IMG/VR virus record: IMGVR_UViG_3300037067_007160
Coordinates: 66,356 to 130,355 of that record
DNA length: 64,000 bases
Source: a virus
Taxonomy: Duplodnaviria; Caudoviricetes
Strand: one strand, 5' to 3'
Part shown: positions 43,243 to 54,205 of the stretch, in pieces
How positions within the stretch are numbered: position 1 is the stretch's first letter
Layout: every line of letters starts with the position of its first letter
Made by a program: the position numbers and the translations under genes
Notes under the pieces: model-generated
Told to the model about the DNA's origin: nothing
Databases searched by the model: none
Seen by the model: only the letters and a program-made list of their open reading frames with translations

Positions 43243-46200
43243 ATGGTCAAGATCCTAATAGCAAGTGACTCGCCCTTTCTAAATACAGGATTGGCGAATG
43301 TTGCTCGCTTCATTGGTACAACACTTCATAATGCAGGTTATGGCGTAACCCACCTAGGATTCTCAGATCCAAGGATAGATAAGTCTTCGCAGAAATGGGG
43401 AGGCCGGTATATACCGTGGCAGGTTCTTGCCACTGCTGATATGCCAGAGGATAGATTTGGGCAAAGATCGTATAGCAGCATTCTTTCCCAGGTTGAACCT
43501 AACCTTGTTATTGTCGTAGCTGATGTATGGAACTCTGACCATCTTCTAGTAGGAACAAACTGTCCTACTATTCTATTCCTTCATATTGAGGCTGAACCCC
43601 TACCAACAAGGCTTATACAGGATCATGCCAATGTAATTCCTCGTATCATATCCCACGCCAATGTTGTTATCTCTGCTGGAACTTTTGGTAGAAAGACTAT
43701 TCAACAACGGATGTTAGAGTACTGTAAACTTCCTCCAGAAAAGACAGAGAAAGAAATAAAGGCCGTTATTAGTAATACCAACATCATTATCCCAGATGCT
43801 ATAGACACTGAGGTATTTAAGCCAATAAATAATATAGGTCTTAAGGAGAAGATGTTTAAGGGCCTTAAAGAGACTGACTTTGTTATTGGTTATTTTGGAA
43901 GACAAAATCCAAGGAAGGGACTTCCATATGCTATAGAAGCTTTTACTCAATGGAAGGATAGACCTTCTAATGTCTATCTCTACCTTCACACAGCTATAAA
44001 AGATCGCTCAGGATGGAATCTTCCTCAGCTTCTTATAGACTCTGGTGTACAGGACAAGATTATCATCGATCCTAGTATAAAAGTTGGTGGTGGGTGCTCT
44101 GATGAAGTTCTTAATGCACTCTATAATACATGTTTTCCAGCTGGTACACCTGTACTAACCGAAATAGGCTACAAGTGTATAGAGAATATTAAGAAAAATG
44201 ATATGGTCATATCAGCACAGGGAAATACTAGAAAGGTTGTCGAGACAATGTCCAGAACATACAATGGACATGTTGTTGGTATAACAACGAGTAGAAATCG
44301 TGCTACACTTACCTGCACAGCAGATCATAAGTTCCTTGTACTAAGTGGTAGAAAAACTGAGTATAGAAAAGCGTCTGATCTGGAAGTCGGTGATATGATT
44401 CTCACACCAGTACCAACTGGTCAGTCATACATTACTTCATCGTCGACACAGGATATATGCGAAGCTCTTAATATTCAGAATGACTATGTTAGAAAACGAT
44501 ATGAAGCTGTCATAGAGCTTGACTCCAAATGCTATAAGATTAGAAAGCGCTCTGGTCCTATTCCCTACTTCAGTAAGGATGGGAAGAACTATATTATTTC
44601 TATAGTAGAGACATTAGCGTATGGTAATGGGCGAATTAGAGTCTATAATATTGAAGTTGAAGAAGATCATAGTTATGTAGCAGGTGGCCTTGGTGTAAAG
44701 AACTGTGACATTACTATTCTACCAACAACAGGAGAAGGATTTGGAATGACGGTAGCTGAAAGTCTAGCTGCTGGTACTCCTGTTATAACTACTGACTATG
44801 CTGAAACGCCAACGCACTTTGGTGATGTGTGTGAACTAGTAAAGCCTGATGCCTACTGGGTTGAACCAATCACAAATATAAGAAGGGCTATTCCATCTAT
44901 TCAAGGGCTCATCCAAAAGATAAAGAAGCTGCATAGAGATCCAAACTATAGGAAGGCCCTTTCAATTCGTGGTCGAGAACATATGGTATCAAAGTATGAT
45001 ACCAAGATAGTTGCTCCCTTATGGTTAGATATGGTTGAGAAAGCTGCAAGGATACCAACAACAATAAAGGAACTAGAACAAAGAAGAAGTAAACGGGAGA
45101 AGAAGAGGGTCTGCTTTATAGGAAGCTACTTCCTTCCTGACCTCATTGGTGGAGGAGAGATAACGTATTATAAGCTTCTTAAGGAGTTTCAGGAACGTGG
45201 TTGGGAAGCTGCTACGTATATATCAAGAGATGGAATAAATGACGAGGAAGTAACAATTGATGGAATTGAAGTTACAAGAAGAGATAAGATGGCTCCTGAT
45301 AGAAAGCTTCGGGCTTATATGGAAGCCACTGTTCCTGACGTTGTTATAACAACTCTTATAGATCCAAACTTTACAAGGATGGCTCTTGAGATAGCTAGAA
45401 ATATTGGTGCTACAACAATCTACTACGAACAGTTCTATAACTCTATATGTACGAAGTATAGAGATGTTATGAATCTTGGCGCCCAGTCTATTGCGCCATG
45501 GGGTGGTAAGATACTCTCAATGTGCGATCTTATCTACTCAAATGGAAACTTTGTACAAAGGGCTATGTTGAAACACCAACAGTTCAACTCAAAGATACTA
45601 CACCCCTATATAGACCTATCAGAGGCTAGGGTAGAGAAGCGGGAACCTGAATATGTAACGATGATAAATCCAGATCCTGGAAAGGGCGGTGGAACTCTAG
45701 TCTATCTGGCCAAAAATATGCCAGATGTTAAATTCTTAACTATTAGAGTATCAGCCAATAATGATTATAGTAACCTTACAAAAGAGGGAGAACTTCCAAA
45801 CCTTACTATATGGGACTTTCAGAAGGATATAAGGAAGATATATGAGAAGACAAAGCTTCTGATTGTTCCAACAATAGTTGATGAGACATTCTGTAGGGTA
45901 ATACCAGAGGCTCAATCAAATGGAATTCCTATTATTGGTAGAGATGTTGGTGGAATAAAGGATACTATGGGAGCTGGTGGGATACTGATAGGAAAGTATG
46001 AGGATGATGATACATGGAAGGATACAGTATCTCGCATTCTTGAGAATAAAGAGGAATATGAGAATCTATCCAAGCTAGCTATAGAGAACTCAAAGAAGAT
46101 TGACTATAAGAAGGAATTTGATTCCTTCTTTGATGATGTCCAAGCTACTATGAAGACAGGGATAAAGAAGAAAATCTGCTGTATCGTTCCTGACTTTGCT

Positions 46201-47139
46201 GGTGTAGCAGAAGTCTTTAGAAATATTAAGAATCTCCATAGTAAGGATGTAGAGATTATAGAGATTAATGCCTTCACGATCTCTACAAATGTCATTAGGA
46301 AGCTTGAGAGGTTTACTCCTGAGATTATAGTATTTGGCGCCTGGGTTCCTTTACATAAGGATGTTATGATATGGGCTAGAAAGAATATTCCTGGTGTTAA
46401 GATAGTGGCATCTTGGTTCTCAAACTTTAGCCAGATGGAATTCTCAGTTAATAATGAACTTGGTATATTCAATGAGTTACAAGGTTGGATGTCTGGTCAA
46501 CAACACCTGATTGATGAGATATGGATGTCTAGTGTAGAAGATGCTTATGTTCTTAATAAACCAAATATTAAACCACTTCCATGTCCTATAAGTATACCAG
46601 ATGAGATACCATCGTATGTTCCTGAGCCAGGGAAGATCAAAGTCAGTCTCTTCTGTACACCAGGGCCTAGAAAGAACTTGGCTAACCAGATACTAGCATG
46701 CTCCAAGGTTCCAGGAGTTGAGCTTCATCTAAATGGTCTATCAAAGAAACCAGAGTTTGCCCAACTTCTTAAGACGTTAAACATAAAGTATGTCGATCAT
46801 GGATGGATGGACAAGTCAACATATAGGAATACCATTGCTACCATGGACGTTGGACTCCAGGTAACATTTGCTGAGACATTCAACTATGTTGTAGCTGAAC
46901 ATATGATCTATGGTGTTCCAATTGTTGTATCAAGTATGATCCCAATTATTAATAAGATTGATGAACTTAAGGAGCTAGTTGTTGAGAACGCTCAATCACC
47001 TGGAGATATAGCCAAAGCTATAGAAACCATATATAGATCAAGGAATAGACTATCTTCTACAGTGAGGAAGATCGTACATGATATTGCTGGTCGCAATAAT
47101 GAAGATGTAAGGAAGCTTCTTAGCTTGGGGGATAAATGA
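43243..47139 (+). CDS. Multi-domain GT4 (GT-B) glycosyltransferase with intein
   Basis: Three GT-B modules (EGFGMTVAE, ETFCRVIPE, ETFNYVVAE). Confidence 0.88.
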   Translation: MVKILIASDSPFLNTGLANVARFIGTTLHNAGYGVTHLGFSDPRIDKSSQKWGGRYIPWQVLATADMPEDRFGQRSYSSILSQVEPNLVIVVADVWNSDHLLVGTNCPTILFLHIEAEPLPTRLIQDHANVIPRIISHANVVISAGTFGRKTIQQRMLEYCKLPPEKTEKEIKAVISNTNIIIPDAIDTEVFKPINNIGLKEKMFKGLKETDFVIGYFGRQNPRKGLPYAIEAFTQWKDRPSNVYLYLHTAIKDRSGWNLPQLLIDSGVQDKIIIDPSIKVGGGCSDEVLNALYNTCFPAGTPVLTEIGYKCIENIKKNDMVISAQGNTRKVVETMSRTYNGHVVGITTSRNRATLTCTADHKFLVLSGRKTEYRKASDLEVGDMILTPVPTGQSYITSSSTQDICEALNIQNDYVRKRYEAVIELDSKCYKIRKRSGPIPYFSKDGKNYIISIVETLAYGNGRIRVYNIEVEEDHSYVAGGLGVKNCDITILPTTGEGFGMTVAESLAAGTPVITTDYAETPTHFGDVCELVKPDAYWVEPITNIRRAIPSIQGLIQKIKKLHRDPNYRKALSIRGREHMVSKYDTKIVAPLWLDMVEKAARIPTTIKELEQRRSKREKKRVCFIGSYFLPDLIGGGEITYYKLLKEFQERGWEAATYISRDGINDEEVTIDGIEVTRRDKMAPDRKLRAYMEATVPDVVITTLIDPNFTRMALEIARNIGATTIYYEQFYNSICTKYRDVMNLGAQSIAPWGGKILSMCDLIYSNGNFVQRAMLKHQQFNSKILHPYIDLSEARVEKREPEYVTMINPDPGKGGGTLVYLAKNMPDVKFLTIRVSANNDYSNLTKEGELPNLTIWDFQKDIRKIYEKTKLLIVPTIVDETFCRVIPEAQSNGIPIIGRDVGGIKDTMGAGGILIGKYEDDDTWKDTVSRILENKEEYENLSKLAIENSKKIDYKKEFDSFFDDVQATMKTGIKKKICCIVPDFAGVAEVFRNIKNLHSKDVEIIEINAFTISTNVIRKLERFTPEIIVFGAWVPLHKDVMIWARKNIPGVKIVASWFSNFSQMEFSVNNELGIFNELQGWMSGQQHLIDEIWMSSVEDAYVLNKPNIKPLPCPISIPDEIPSYVPEPGKIKVSLFCTPGPRKNLANQILACSKVPGVELHLNGLSKKPEFAQLLKTLNIKYVDHGWMDKSTYRNTIATMDVGLQVTFAETFNYVVAEHMIYGVPIVVSSMIPIINKIDELKELVVENAQSPGDIAKAIETIYRSRNRLSSTVRKIVHDIAGRNNEDVRKLLSLGDK
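44131..44703 (+). mobile_element. Mini-intein (191 aa)
   Basis: CFPAGT start, TADH block B, VYNIEVEEDHSY block F, VKN/C junction; no LAGLIDADG domain. Confidence 0.88.
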
Positions 47140-48191
47140 GACTACTCTACGTTGCCAGCGCGTTTCATCGTGCCGAAGGATTCGGGTCTGTGTGTAATGC
47201 CATGGAGAGGCTCGGCATAGAGCTTACCTACTATCCCATATATATGAGGCTATCAGACTTTAGAGATGAAATAAAGAAAGGAAAGCTTCTAAAGACAGAT
47301 GCTGAGATAGCTGCATATACACATAAGCTTCTCTATAATGAACTACTCATGAAGGTATCAGATCACGATGCTGTCTTCTTCTGGAAGGCAGAGAATATAG
47401 ATAATAGAATTATAGAGAAAGTCTCAAAGATGGTCCCAACTGCATTCTACTCATGGGATGATCCATATCAGATAGAACTTGATAAGACAGAACTAAAGAG
47501 AGGTTCTGCCTGCCACATTACAGCTACATGCTGCAAGGCATCTGCTAATGAGTATGCCAAAGCTGGAGCAAGAAGGGCCCTTTGGCTACCTCCAGGTTAT
47601 GATCCAGAAATACACTATGATACTGGAGTGGAACCAAAGGCTGATGTCTGTTTTATAGCTACAAATACATACTGTAAGGAAGCCTATGGTAAGGTCCAGA
47701 ATCCACCGTTCGATAGACGAGAAATAGTAAGGGCAATCCAGAAAGTAACAAACAATATAGAACTCTGGGGCCGTGGAGATGAACCATTGGGATGGACCCA
47801 TCCTACCTATGGAGATCCATCTTTTAAGAAATACTACAAAGGATTCATACCATTCTCAGATTCAAGAAATGCCTTCTGTAACTCTAAGATATGCATAAAT
47901 AGTCATGTAAGAAGAAATGGATATAGTTACTTTAATGAACGTACGTTCCAGATCATGGGTTGTAAGAGGCCAATGCTTATTGATAATAATCCAGGAACTA
48001 TTGATGTTCTTGGAAGTACCGCTCTTACCTATAATAAGGTAGAGGAAATACCATTGCTTATTGAAGAACTTCTTAAATCGGATGAGAAGCGGAAGGATCT
48101 GGCCCAACGGGCCTATGAACTTAGTAAGGGATTCACTTGGGATAAGTTCTGTGAGACCATACTGGAGGAACTCAATGGCATCAACAAATAG
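47136..48191 (+). CDS. CgeB-like glycosyltransferase
   Basis: DDP, SKICIN, NERTFQIMGC motifs. Confidence 0.8.
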   Translation: MRLLYVASAFHRAEGFGSVCNAMERLGIELTYYPIYMRLSDFRDEIKKGKLLKTDAEIAAYTHKLLYNELLMKVSDHDAVFFWKAENIDNRIIEKVSKMVPTAFYSWDDPYQIELDKTELKRGSACHITATCCKASANEYAKAGARRALWLPPGYDPEIHYDTGVEPKADVCFIATNTYCKEAYGKVQNPPFDRREIVRAIQKVTNNIELWGRGDEPLGWTHPTYGDPSFKKYYKGFIPFSDSRNAFCNSKICINSHVRRNGYSYFNERTFQIMGCKRPMLIDNNPGTIDVLGSTALTYNKVEEIPLLIEELLKSDEKRKDLAQRAYELSKGFTWDKFCETILEELNGINK

Positions 48192-48693
48192 CACAGGAGA
48201 TCCAATTCAATTCGATCAGGCAAGAGATTATACTCATAACTTTATTCTAAATCAATACTCAGGAAATGGTATTACAATTAGTAGAGAACAGATAGAAGAT
48301 GCTCGACTACGTGATGAGGCGATGAGAAGACTTATTCGTCCTAATCTTCAAGAAGGACGTGATTATGACATATTCACTACAACATTTGATCTTCCAATAG
48401 AATATAGCGATATAACATTTGGTGAAATTAACAAGGATGAGAAGGATAGTAGGAAGAAGGGAAATCTAAAGATGTCAGTTGAATGCTTTCTAGAACTACT
48501 AGGAATAACCACAGATGTGCAGATGGCTAGCATTCGACTAGATGTCAATAATGATACTGTCAACATATCACTAAGATCAAAGGATAAAATTATTCCTGTA
48601 GGTGATAATATGATGATCAAAATGATGGAAGTTCCCGAAGGAATGGAAATTCCTAATGTGGCTGTTGAACCACTTGATGGAGATGATAGATGA
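48175..48693 (+). CDS. Hypothetical protein
   Basis: GGAGG RBS before ATG 48175. Confidence 0.55.
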   Translation: MASTNSTGDPIQFDQARDYTHNFILNQYSGNGITISREQIEDARLRDEAMRRLIRPNLQEGRDYDIFTTTFDLPIEYSDITFGEINKDEKDSRKKGNLKMSVECFLELLGITTDVQMASIRLDVNNDTVNISLRSKDKIIPVGDNMMIKMMEVPEGMEIPNVAVEPLDGDDR

Positions 48694-49460
48694 TATCTAT
48701 CTGTATTGCCGGCTGTCTAAGAAGGCCAGAGCGAGTTCCATATCTAAGACAGAATATGGACTCTCTTCTTAAGCACTTTCCTGAGGCCGACTACCTAATA
48801 GGTCTGGATAACACATCAGAAGAAGCTGGTAATCTTGTACAAAAAGAATATCCTATGGCTAGAGTAAAGGTTCATAGCCTCGGCTTTGGTCACTCCTGGA
48901 ATTGGGCCATTAAGGAGGCAAAGCACGACTTCATCCTTCAGACTGAGGAGGACTGGCTCTGTACCTGTTGCTGGAGCAGTGATAAGGACAAGGATATTGC
49001 GCAGAAGGTTGAATATGGTATAGAGAAATGTACATCTGATACTGGTATTCTCCTCAAGCTTGATAATGGAATGGGAATAGGTTCTCCACCAACAAGTCCC
49101 TATAGACCAGGTTGGAAGGAGTATGAGAAGTGCCCAAAGACTGGTAAGCAGGTCTATGAGCTCAATAGACCAGATCCAAGGCATTGGTATGAAGGGTGGA
49201 ATCCCTACTTCATGTCTAACCATCCACATCTAAAACACAAGAAGTTTCATGAGCTGGTTGGTTTCTACGCGGAAAAGGCTGCCCTACTTGCTATGATTAA
49301 GCAACATATTAGAGATGAGAAGAAGGCAGATTTAGCGGTCGTTCCACAGACAGAGCTAGATATGTGCAAGAAGGTCATCATCAATCCAAAGACGAAGATG
49401 TTATTCTATAATAATAACTCATTCGTTCATATTGGGCATGAGTCAGTGAGGGAATATTGA
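48690..49460 (+). CDS. GT2-like glycosyltransferase
   Basis: LQTEEDW, FVHIG motifs. Confidence 0.72.
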   Translation: MISICIAGCLRRPERVPYLRQNMDSLLKHFPEADYLIGLDNTSEEAGNLVQKEYPMARVKVHSLGFGHSWNWAIKEAKHDFILQTEEDWLCTCCWSSDKDKDIAQKVEYGIEKCTSDTGILLKLDNGMGIGSPPTSPYRPGWKEYEKCPKTGKQVYELNRPDPRHWYEGWNPYFMSNHPHLKHKKFHELVGFYAEKAALLAMIKQHIRDEKKADLAVVPQTELDMCKKVIINPKTKMLFYNNNSFVHIGHESVREY

Positions 49461-50065
49461 AGAACTTCAATACAAAAGAGAATTGGGATAATAGCCTTAT
49501 GAAACTCCAGGATGATGGCAACTGGAGAATGAGAAGGCAGGATTGGAGAACTATCTCTAAGGACTCCATTATGATCCGTGAAATTGAGGATATGATTCAT
49601 AAGTATAAACCAGAGCTAAATTCCATCCTTGAGATTGGTCCAGGTGATGGCTTTCTCGTCTATGGTCTATCTAGAGGTCTATTCTCTGATAAGCGGATAG
49701 ACGTAGTTGATATTAGTGAAGTATCACTTAAGATGATTAATAGCCACTCGCCGGGCGTTGGGACATATATGGGGGAGATGGAGCGTTTTGAACTCTGTAA
49801 AACCTACGATGTTATTATAACATCCCAGGTTCTAGAACATACTACTAATATTGATAAGACGGTAAAGCAGATACTAAAACACTTAAATCCTACTGGAATA
49901 CTTATAGCAGTTCTACCATATAATTGGGGAACTGATCTACAACATAATCTAAATATCGATGATACCTTTGTTCGAATGTTAGGCCTTATGATAGGAAAGA
50001 TGGAACACTATGATAAGTCTGTTCAGTATCAATCAAAGATAGCTGTTATTAGGTATGTCCAATGA
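49457..50065 (+). CDS. Class I SAM-dependent methyltransferase
   Basis: LEIGPGDG, VDIS, YDVI..VLEH. Confidence 0.85.
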   Translation: MKNFNTKENWDNSLMKLQDDGNWRMRRQDWRTISKDSIMIREIEDMIHKYKPELNSILEIGPGDGFLVYGLSRGLFSDKRIDVVDISEVSLKMINSHSPGVGTYMGEMERFELCKTYDVIITSQVLEHTTNIDKTVKQILKHLNPTGILIAVLPYNWGTDLQHNLNIDDTFVRMLGLMIGKMEHYDKSVQYQSKIAVIRYVQ

Positions 50066-50877
50066 GTGCTAGAAACATAGTTGTATGTGCAGCCTACGGA
50101 AACCTAAGTCTGACGAAGATGACCTATGAGAGCTTTCTTAGGACATCGAGTCCAGATACAAAACTTATCTTAATTAACAATGGATCCAAGGATGAGACTG
50201 CTGATTGGATGAAGAGTATTGAATTGAATGTTGGACACCTCAATACTGTAGTAGGTGGATGTCCCTCTAGACTGGCGAAAGTAACACTAGTTCATTCTCC
50301 ATATAATGGTGGCTGTGGAATAGGCCGGAACATAGGTCTTCGCATGATTCAAGAGCTTGGTAAGATTGGTGAAGAATATGAATATGTAACACTCATAGAC
50401 AATGATATAGTCCTTACCCAAGGTTGGGACATTGAGATGATGAACTTCATGGATGGGCATCCACTCATTGGTCTTTGTGGGCCAGCAACAAACTACGCTG
50501 GCACTCCTCAGCTACTAAGCAGGTCAGACCTACCAAAGAAGCTTGAGGATATTGAACCATTTGCCACTATCTATTTGAATCAGAATAGGGGTAGGGCCCA
50601 TGGCGTTCCAAATGGTTTTGTCGTCATAGGTTTCTGTATGATGATTAGAAGAAAGGCCTTTGAGCAAGTAGGTCTCTTTGATGAACGCTTTAAGCTCTAT
50701 GGAAATGAAGACAATGACTACTGTATACGAATGGTAAGAGCTGGATGGAAGCTGGCCTACTATATGGGAACTTACGTTCATCACTGGGGTGGTAAGAGCC
50801 TATCCATCCTTGGAGATGATGGTATTAGACAATGGGATCTCAATAGAAAGGCATTCGAGGAAAAATGGAAGAAATAA
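50062..50877 (+). CDS. GT2 glycosyltransferase
   Basis: NNGSKD, IDND, GLFDERF..EDNDYC, HHWG. Confidence 0.88.
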   Translation: MSARNIVVCAAYGNLSLTKMTYESFLRTSSPDTKLILINNGSKDETADWMKSIELNVGHLNTVVGGCPSRLAKVTLVHSPYNGGCGIGRNIGLRMIQELGKIGEEYEYVTLIDNDIVLTQGWDIEMMNFMDGHPLIGLCGPATNYAGTPQLLSRSDLPKKLEDIEPFATIYLNQNRGRAHGVPNGFVVIGFCMMIRRKAFEQVGLFDERFKLYGNEDNDYCIRMVRAGWKLAYYMGTYVHHWGGKSLSILGDDGIRQWDLNRKAFEEKWKK

Positions 50878-51662
50878 AACCCGATATTCTAGTAGTCCTA
50901 CCAGCATATAACTGCGCAGATACTATTGTTGAAGCTGGTATGTGTATCCTACGTCAGAGCTATAAGAACATAAAGCTTATGGTTTTGGATGATGGATCGA
51001 CAGATACTACTTATCATGAAGCTAAAAAACTGCTATACTACTATGACAGTTTAGGCTGGAAGCCAAAGCATCCAGTAACTATTGCTACACATAGTCCAAA
51101 TATAGGTATTGTTGATACTCTTAATTATGGCCTACTTATTGCCATGAAGAATGATATACCATATGTTGCTCGTATGGATGGTGATGACCTATGTTCTCCA
51201 TGTCGACTCGAGAAGCAGCTTAACTATATGGTCGAGAAAGACTTGGACCTCTGTGGAACGTGGGCAAGAGTTGTAGGTAAGGATGGAAAGCATCTTGAGG
51301 ACTTCCATCCTATGATACCAGAGGGTGATGAGAAGAAGTGGCTTGTTAAGTTTAACTACTTCATCCATGGTAGTATGATGATAAATACATCTATACTTAA
51401 GAAGGTTGGGTGCTATACGGATGTAAGACATATGATTGAGGACTTTGATCTATGGATGAGAATAGCTGACCAAGGCCGTGTAGGAATTCTTAACGAGTAT
51501 ATGTATACCTTGGTTCGAGGAAATAGTACTACAAGTGGACATGAAAATGAGATTTATAATAAGGCAAAGGAAATCAGATTACACTGGGCCAAGAAGTGGG
51601 ACATACAGATACCAGATCATGATCTACCAAACTTCAATACAATAAGGAGCAACAATGTCTGA
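50865..51662 (+). CDS. GT2 glycosyltransferase
   Basis: PAYN, DDGSTD, RMDGDD, EDFDLW. Confidence 0.9.
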   Translation: MEEIKPDILVVLPAYNCADTIVEAGMCILRQSYKNIKLMVLDDGSTDTTYHEAKKLLYYYDSLGWKPKHPVTIATHSPNIGIVDTLNYGLLIAMKNDIPYVARMDGDDLCSPCRLEKQLNYMVEKDLDLCGTWARVVGKDGKHLEDFHPMIPEGDEKKWLVKFNYFIHGSMMINTSILKKVGCYTDVRHMIEDFDLWMRIADQGRVGILNEYMYTLVRGNSTTSGHENEIYNKAKEIRLHWAKKWDIQIPDHDLPNFNTIRSNNV

Positions 51663-52938
51663 CAAAGAGAATCTAATACTGATCACAGTGGATTCATTCA
51701 ATCCAAAGTATCTTCAGCCATTTGGCTACAAGGTAGAAACGACACCAGTTCTCAACTCAATTAAGAACGATTGTCTTCTATTTAGCAACTGCATGGCTGG
51801 TGCGTCCTTCTCTCCTATAGCAACAACAAACGTCCTCTGTGGTAACTATCATATTACCTATGAACTTGACGACTGGCTTGATGGTATTAGATTTGAAACT
51901 ATAGCACAGAAACTACCAAAGGAGTATGTAAAGGCCGGCTACTCAGGACTAGGTCACATTGGTAGTGGGCTTGGGTTTGATCGTGGCTTCGACATCTTTG
52001 ATGAGCCTCTTCCAAACAATGATCCTAGAAGGAAGAATAAGTATGAGTGGGTCCGTCATATGTATGATACTTATGGTGCTGGTCCAAAGGCCAAGGGTTT
52101 CTACATGGGCAACTGGTTCGTAGATAGAATGGTTGACTTTATTGGCACGAACGCCGATAAGCCCTTCTTTGTCTATGCGCACTACGCGGAAACACATATA
52201 GGCGCCGAGAGGCAGATACCAAAGGCCTATCATCACTTCCCTAATAATAAACAGCAGAACTATATGTATGATGGGAAGCTTAGATGGTGGGATACTGAGT
52301 TCATCGCTCCTATCGTGGACATGCTTCGAAAGAAGGGTATCTACGAGAATACAACGATTGTTATAACAGGTGATCATGGTGAGTCCTTTGGCTACCATAA
52401 TGAGCCTACACATGGCCTCTGGGTCTACAATGAGGGCATGCGGGTTCCTCTTATAATTAAGTCCAGTAAGGTACATGATAAAGGTAGGATCGTGAAGAAT
52501 ATGGTCCGTCATATTGACATTCTTCCTACCTGTCTTGACCTTATTGGTGATACAAGCTGGAGACTTGATTCTAGCAGGATTATAGGCGATAGTGTTCTTA
52601 GTATGTTTGATGGAAAACCAAACCATGAAGAGAACATCGTTGGCTATCTTGAGAACTATGGTACCAGATACTCTGGGGAACAGCGTGGACTTATGACGAA
52701 CTCATTTAAGTATATTCTTACAGAACCTATCCTTAATATTCCAAAGGATCCATTCTACAAGGATCTTATCAATAGATATCCACAGGAACAAGAGATGCTC
52801 TTTGATCTTCGCTATGATCCAGAGGAGAGTATTAACGTCATTGGTAATATTGAGTATGAAACTCTCGTTGGAAAGCTTAGAAACATTATGAAACAAGCCA
52901 AAGAGAATAAAGGATATAGTCAATGGAGAATTGAATGA
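51655..52938 (+). CDS. Sulfatase-like/alkaline phosphatase superfamily hydrolase or transferase
   Basis: LITVDS, KPFF, TGDHGE, RVPLII, DILPT, LFDL..DPEE. Confidence 0.82.
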   Translation: MSDKENLILITVDSFNPKYLQPFGYKVETTPVLNSIKNDCLLFSNCMAGASFSPIATTNVLCGNYHITYELDDWLDGIRFETIAQKLPKEYVKAGYSGLGHIGSGLGFDRGFDIFDEPLPNNDPRRKNKYEWVRHMYDTYGAGPKAKGFYMGNWFVDRMVDFIGTNADKPFFVYAHYAETHIGAERQIPKAYHHFPNNKQQNYMYDGKLRWWDTEFIAPIVDMLRKKGIYENTTIVITGDHGESFGYHNEPTHGLWVYNEGMRVPLIIKSSKVHDKGRIVKNMVRHIDILPTCLDLIGDTSWRLDSSRIIGDSVLSMFDGKPNHEENIVGYLENYGTRYSGEQRGLMTNSFKYILTEPILNIPKDPFYKDLINRYPQEQEMLFDLRYDPEESINVIGNIEYETLVGKLRNIMKQAKENKGYSQWRIE

Positions 52939-53636
52939 ACGAACCAGTTCTATTTAGCCAACTATCAAAAGAAATAATAGAGCAGTTTGAAGATGGATGG
53001 AATGAAAACAACTATAAGAAACCGGGATGGGTTATAGACGAGATACCATTCTTTGATATTACTCCTAGAAATGCATATACACATAACGCATATGATTCTA
53101 ATAAAACATTTGGTATATTAGGTAAGATGTCAAAAAGTCTATCTGGTCCAAATACTCTCGGCTGTGACATTGGCTGTGTTGATATGACCTATGCTAGTAT
53201 AATGATTAGCTATGGAATAGAGAAAGTAATTATATTTGAACCTAAGCTATTGAATGATACAAAACAACCACAGATAGAACTTATGACTATGGATATAACA
53301 CGAGAAGAATATACTGGCCCAAAGTTTGATCTTATGTGTTGTATATCTACCATAGAACATATAGGACTAGGAAGATATGGTGATCCTATAGATCCAATTG
53401 GCGATATTAAGATGATGAAAGCTATATATAATATGCTAAAATCTGATGGAAGGGCAATTCTATCCTTTCCATATAATAAGAATCCAGAGTCTGTTGGTAT
53501 TATTAGATGGAATGGTTGTAGAATATATAATCAATTTAGAAAAGATCTGCTATTCAAAGATTTTAACGTTGTAGAAGAAACTAATCTAGATAATCCACAA
53601 CCAATCTGGGTTCTTAAAAAGAAGGAGGAAGTATGA
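52935..53636 (+). CDS. DUF268-like methyltransferase
   Basis: STIEHIGLGRYGDPIDP motif. Confidence 0.78.
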   Translation: MNEPVLFSQLSKEIIEQFEDGWNENNYKKPGWVIDEIPFFDITPRNAYTHNAYDSNKTFGILGKMSKSLSGPNTLGCDIGCVDMTYASIMISYGIEKVIIFEPKLLNDTKQPQIELMTMDITREEYTGPKFDLMCCISTIEHIGLGRYGDPIDPIGDIKMMKAIYNMLKSDGRAILSFPYNKNPESVGIIRWNGCRIYNQFRKDLLFKDFNVVEETNLDNPQPIWVLKKKEEV

Positions 53637-54205
53637 AGAAAGAAGAAGCTATTAAAATAGCAGAGTCTGTTGAAGGTTGGATGGATCCTCCCGATCTAGA
53701 GTTTCTATACAATATAGCCACAAAGACTATTTCTAGTGATAAGATTGTTGAAGTTGGTCCATGGCTTGGGAGGTCAACAACTGCTCTTGTTCTTGGCGCC
53801 AAGACCAAGGATATTACTGTTGTTGATAAGTGGGAAGGAACACTTGGAGAAGAAGTAGATTTTCCAACAACTGGTTCTCCTATACGTGAACGTTTTCTCG
53901 ATGCAATGAAGAAGATAGGATTCGTTCCAGCAATGATCTATGATGAATCTTGGAAGGGAGCTGAAAGGTTCCAAGATAATTCAATAACACTGCTATTTAT
54001 AGATGCAAATCATACAGAGGAGTTTGTTCATAGAGATATGGTTAACTGGATTCCAAAGGTAAAACCTGGTGGAGTCATCTGTGGTCATGACTGGTATACC
54101 AAGCCTGGAGTGCCAATTGCGGTAAAGAGAGTAATGTCCGAGCGTACTGATGTTGCCAATCTAAGGCTTGCTGGATGTAACATATGGGCCATGGAAAGAA
54201 AATGA
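53633..54205 (+). CDS. Class I SAM methyltransferase (Methyltransf_24-like)
   Basis: VEVGPWLGRST, FIDANH, PGGVICGHD. Confidence 0.85.
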   Translation: MKKEEAIKIAESVEGWMDPPDLEFLYNIATKTISSDKIVEVGPWLGRSTTALVLGAKTKDITVVDKWEGTLGEEVDFPTTGSPIRERFLDAMKKIGFVPAMIYDESWKGAERFQDNSITLLFIDANHTEEFVHRDMVNWIPKVKPGGVICGHDWYTKPGVPIAVKRVMSERTDVANLRLAGCNIWAMERK

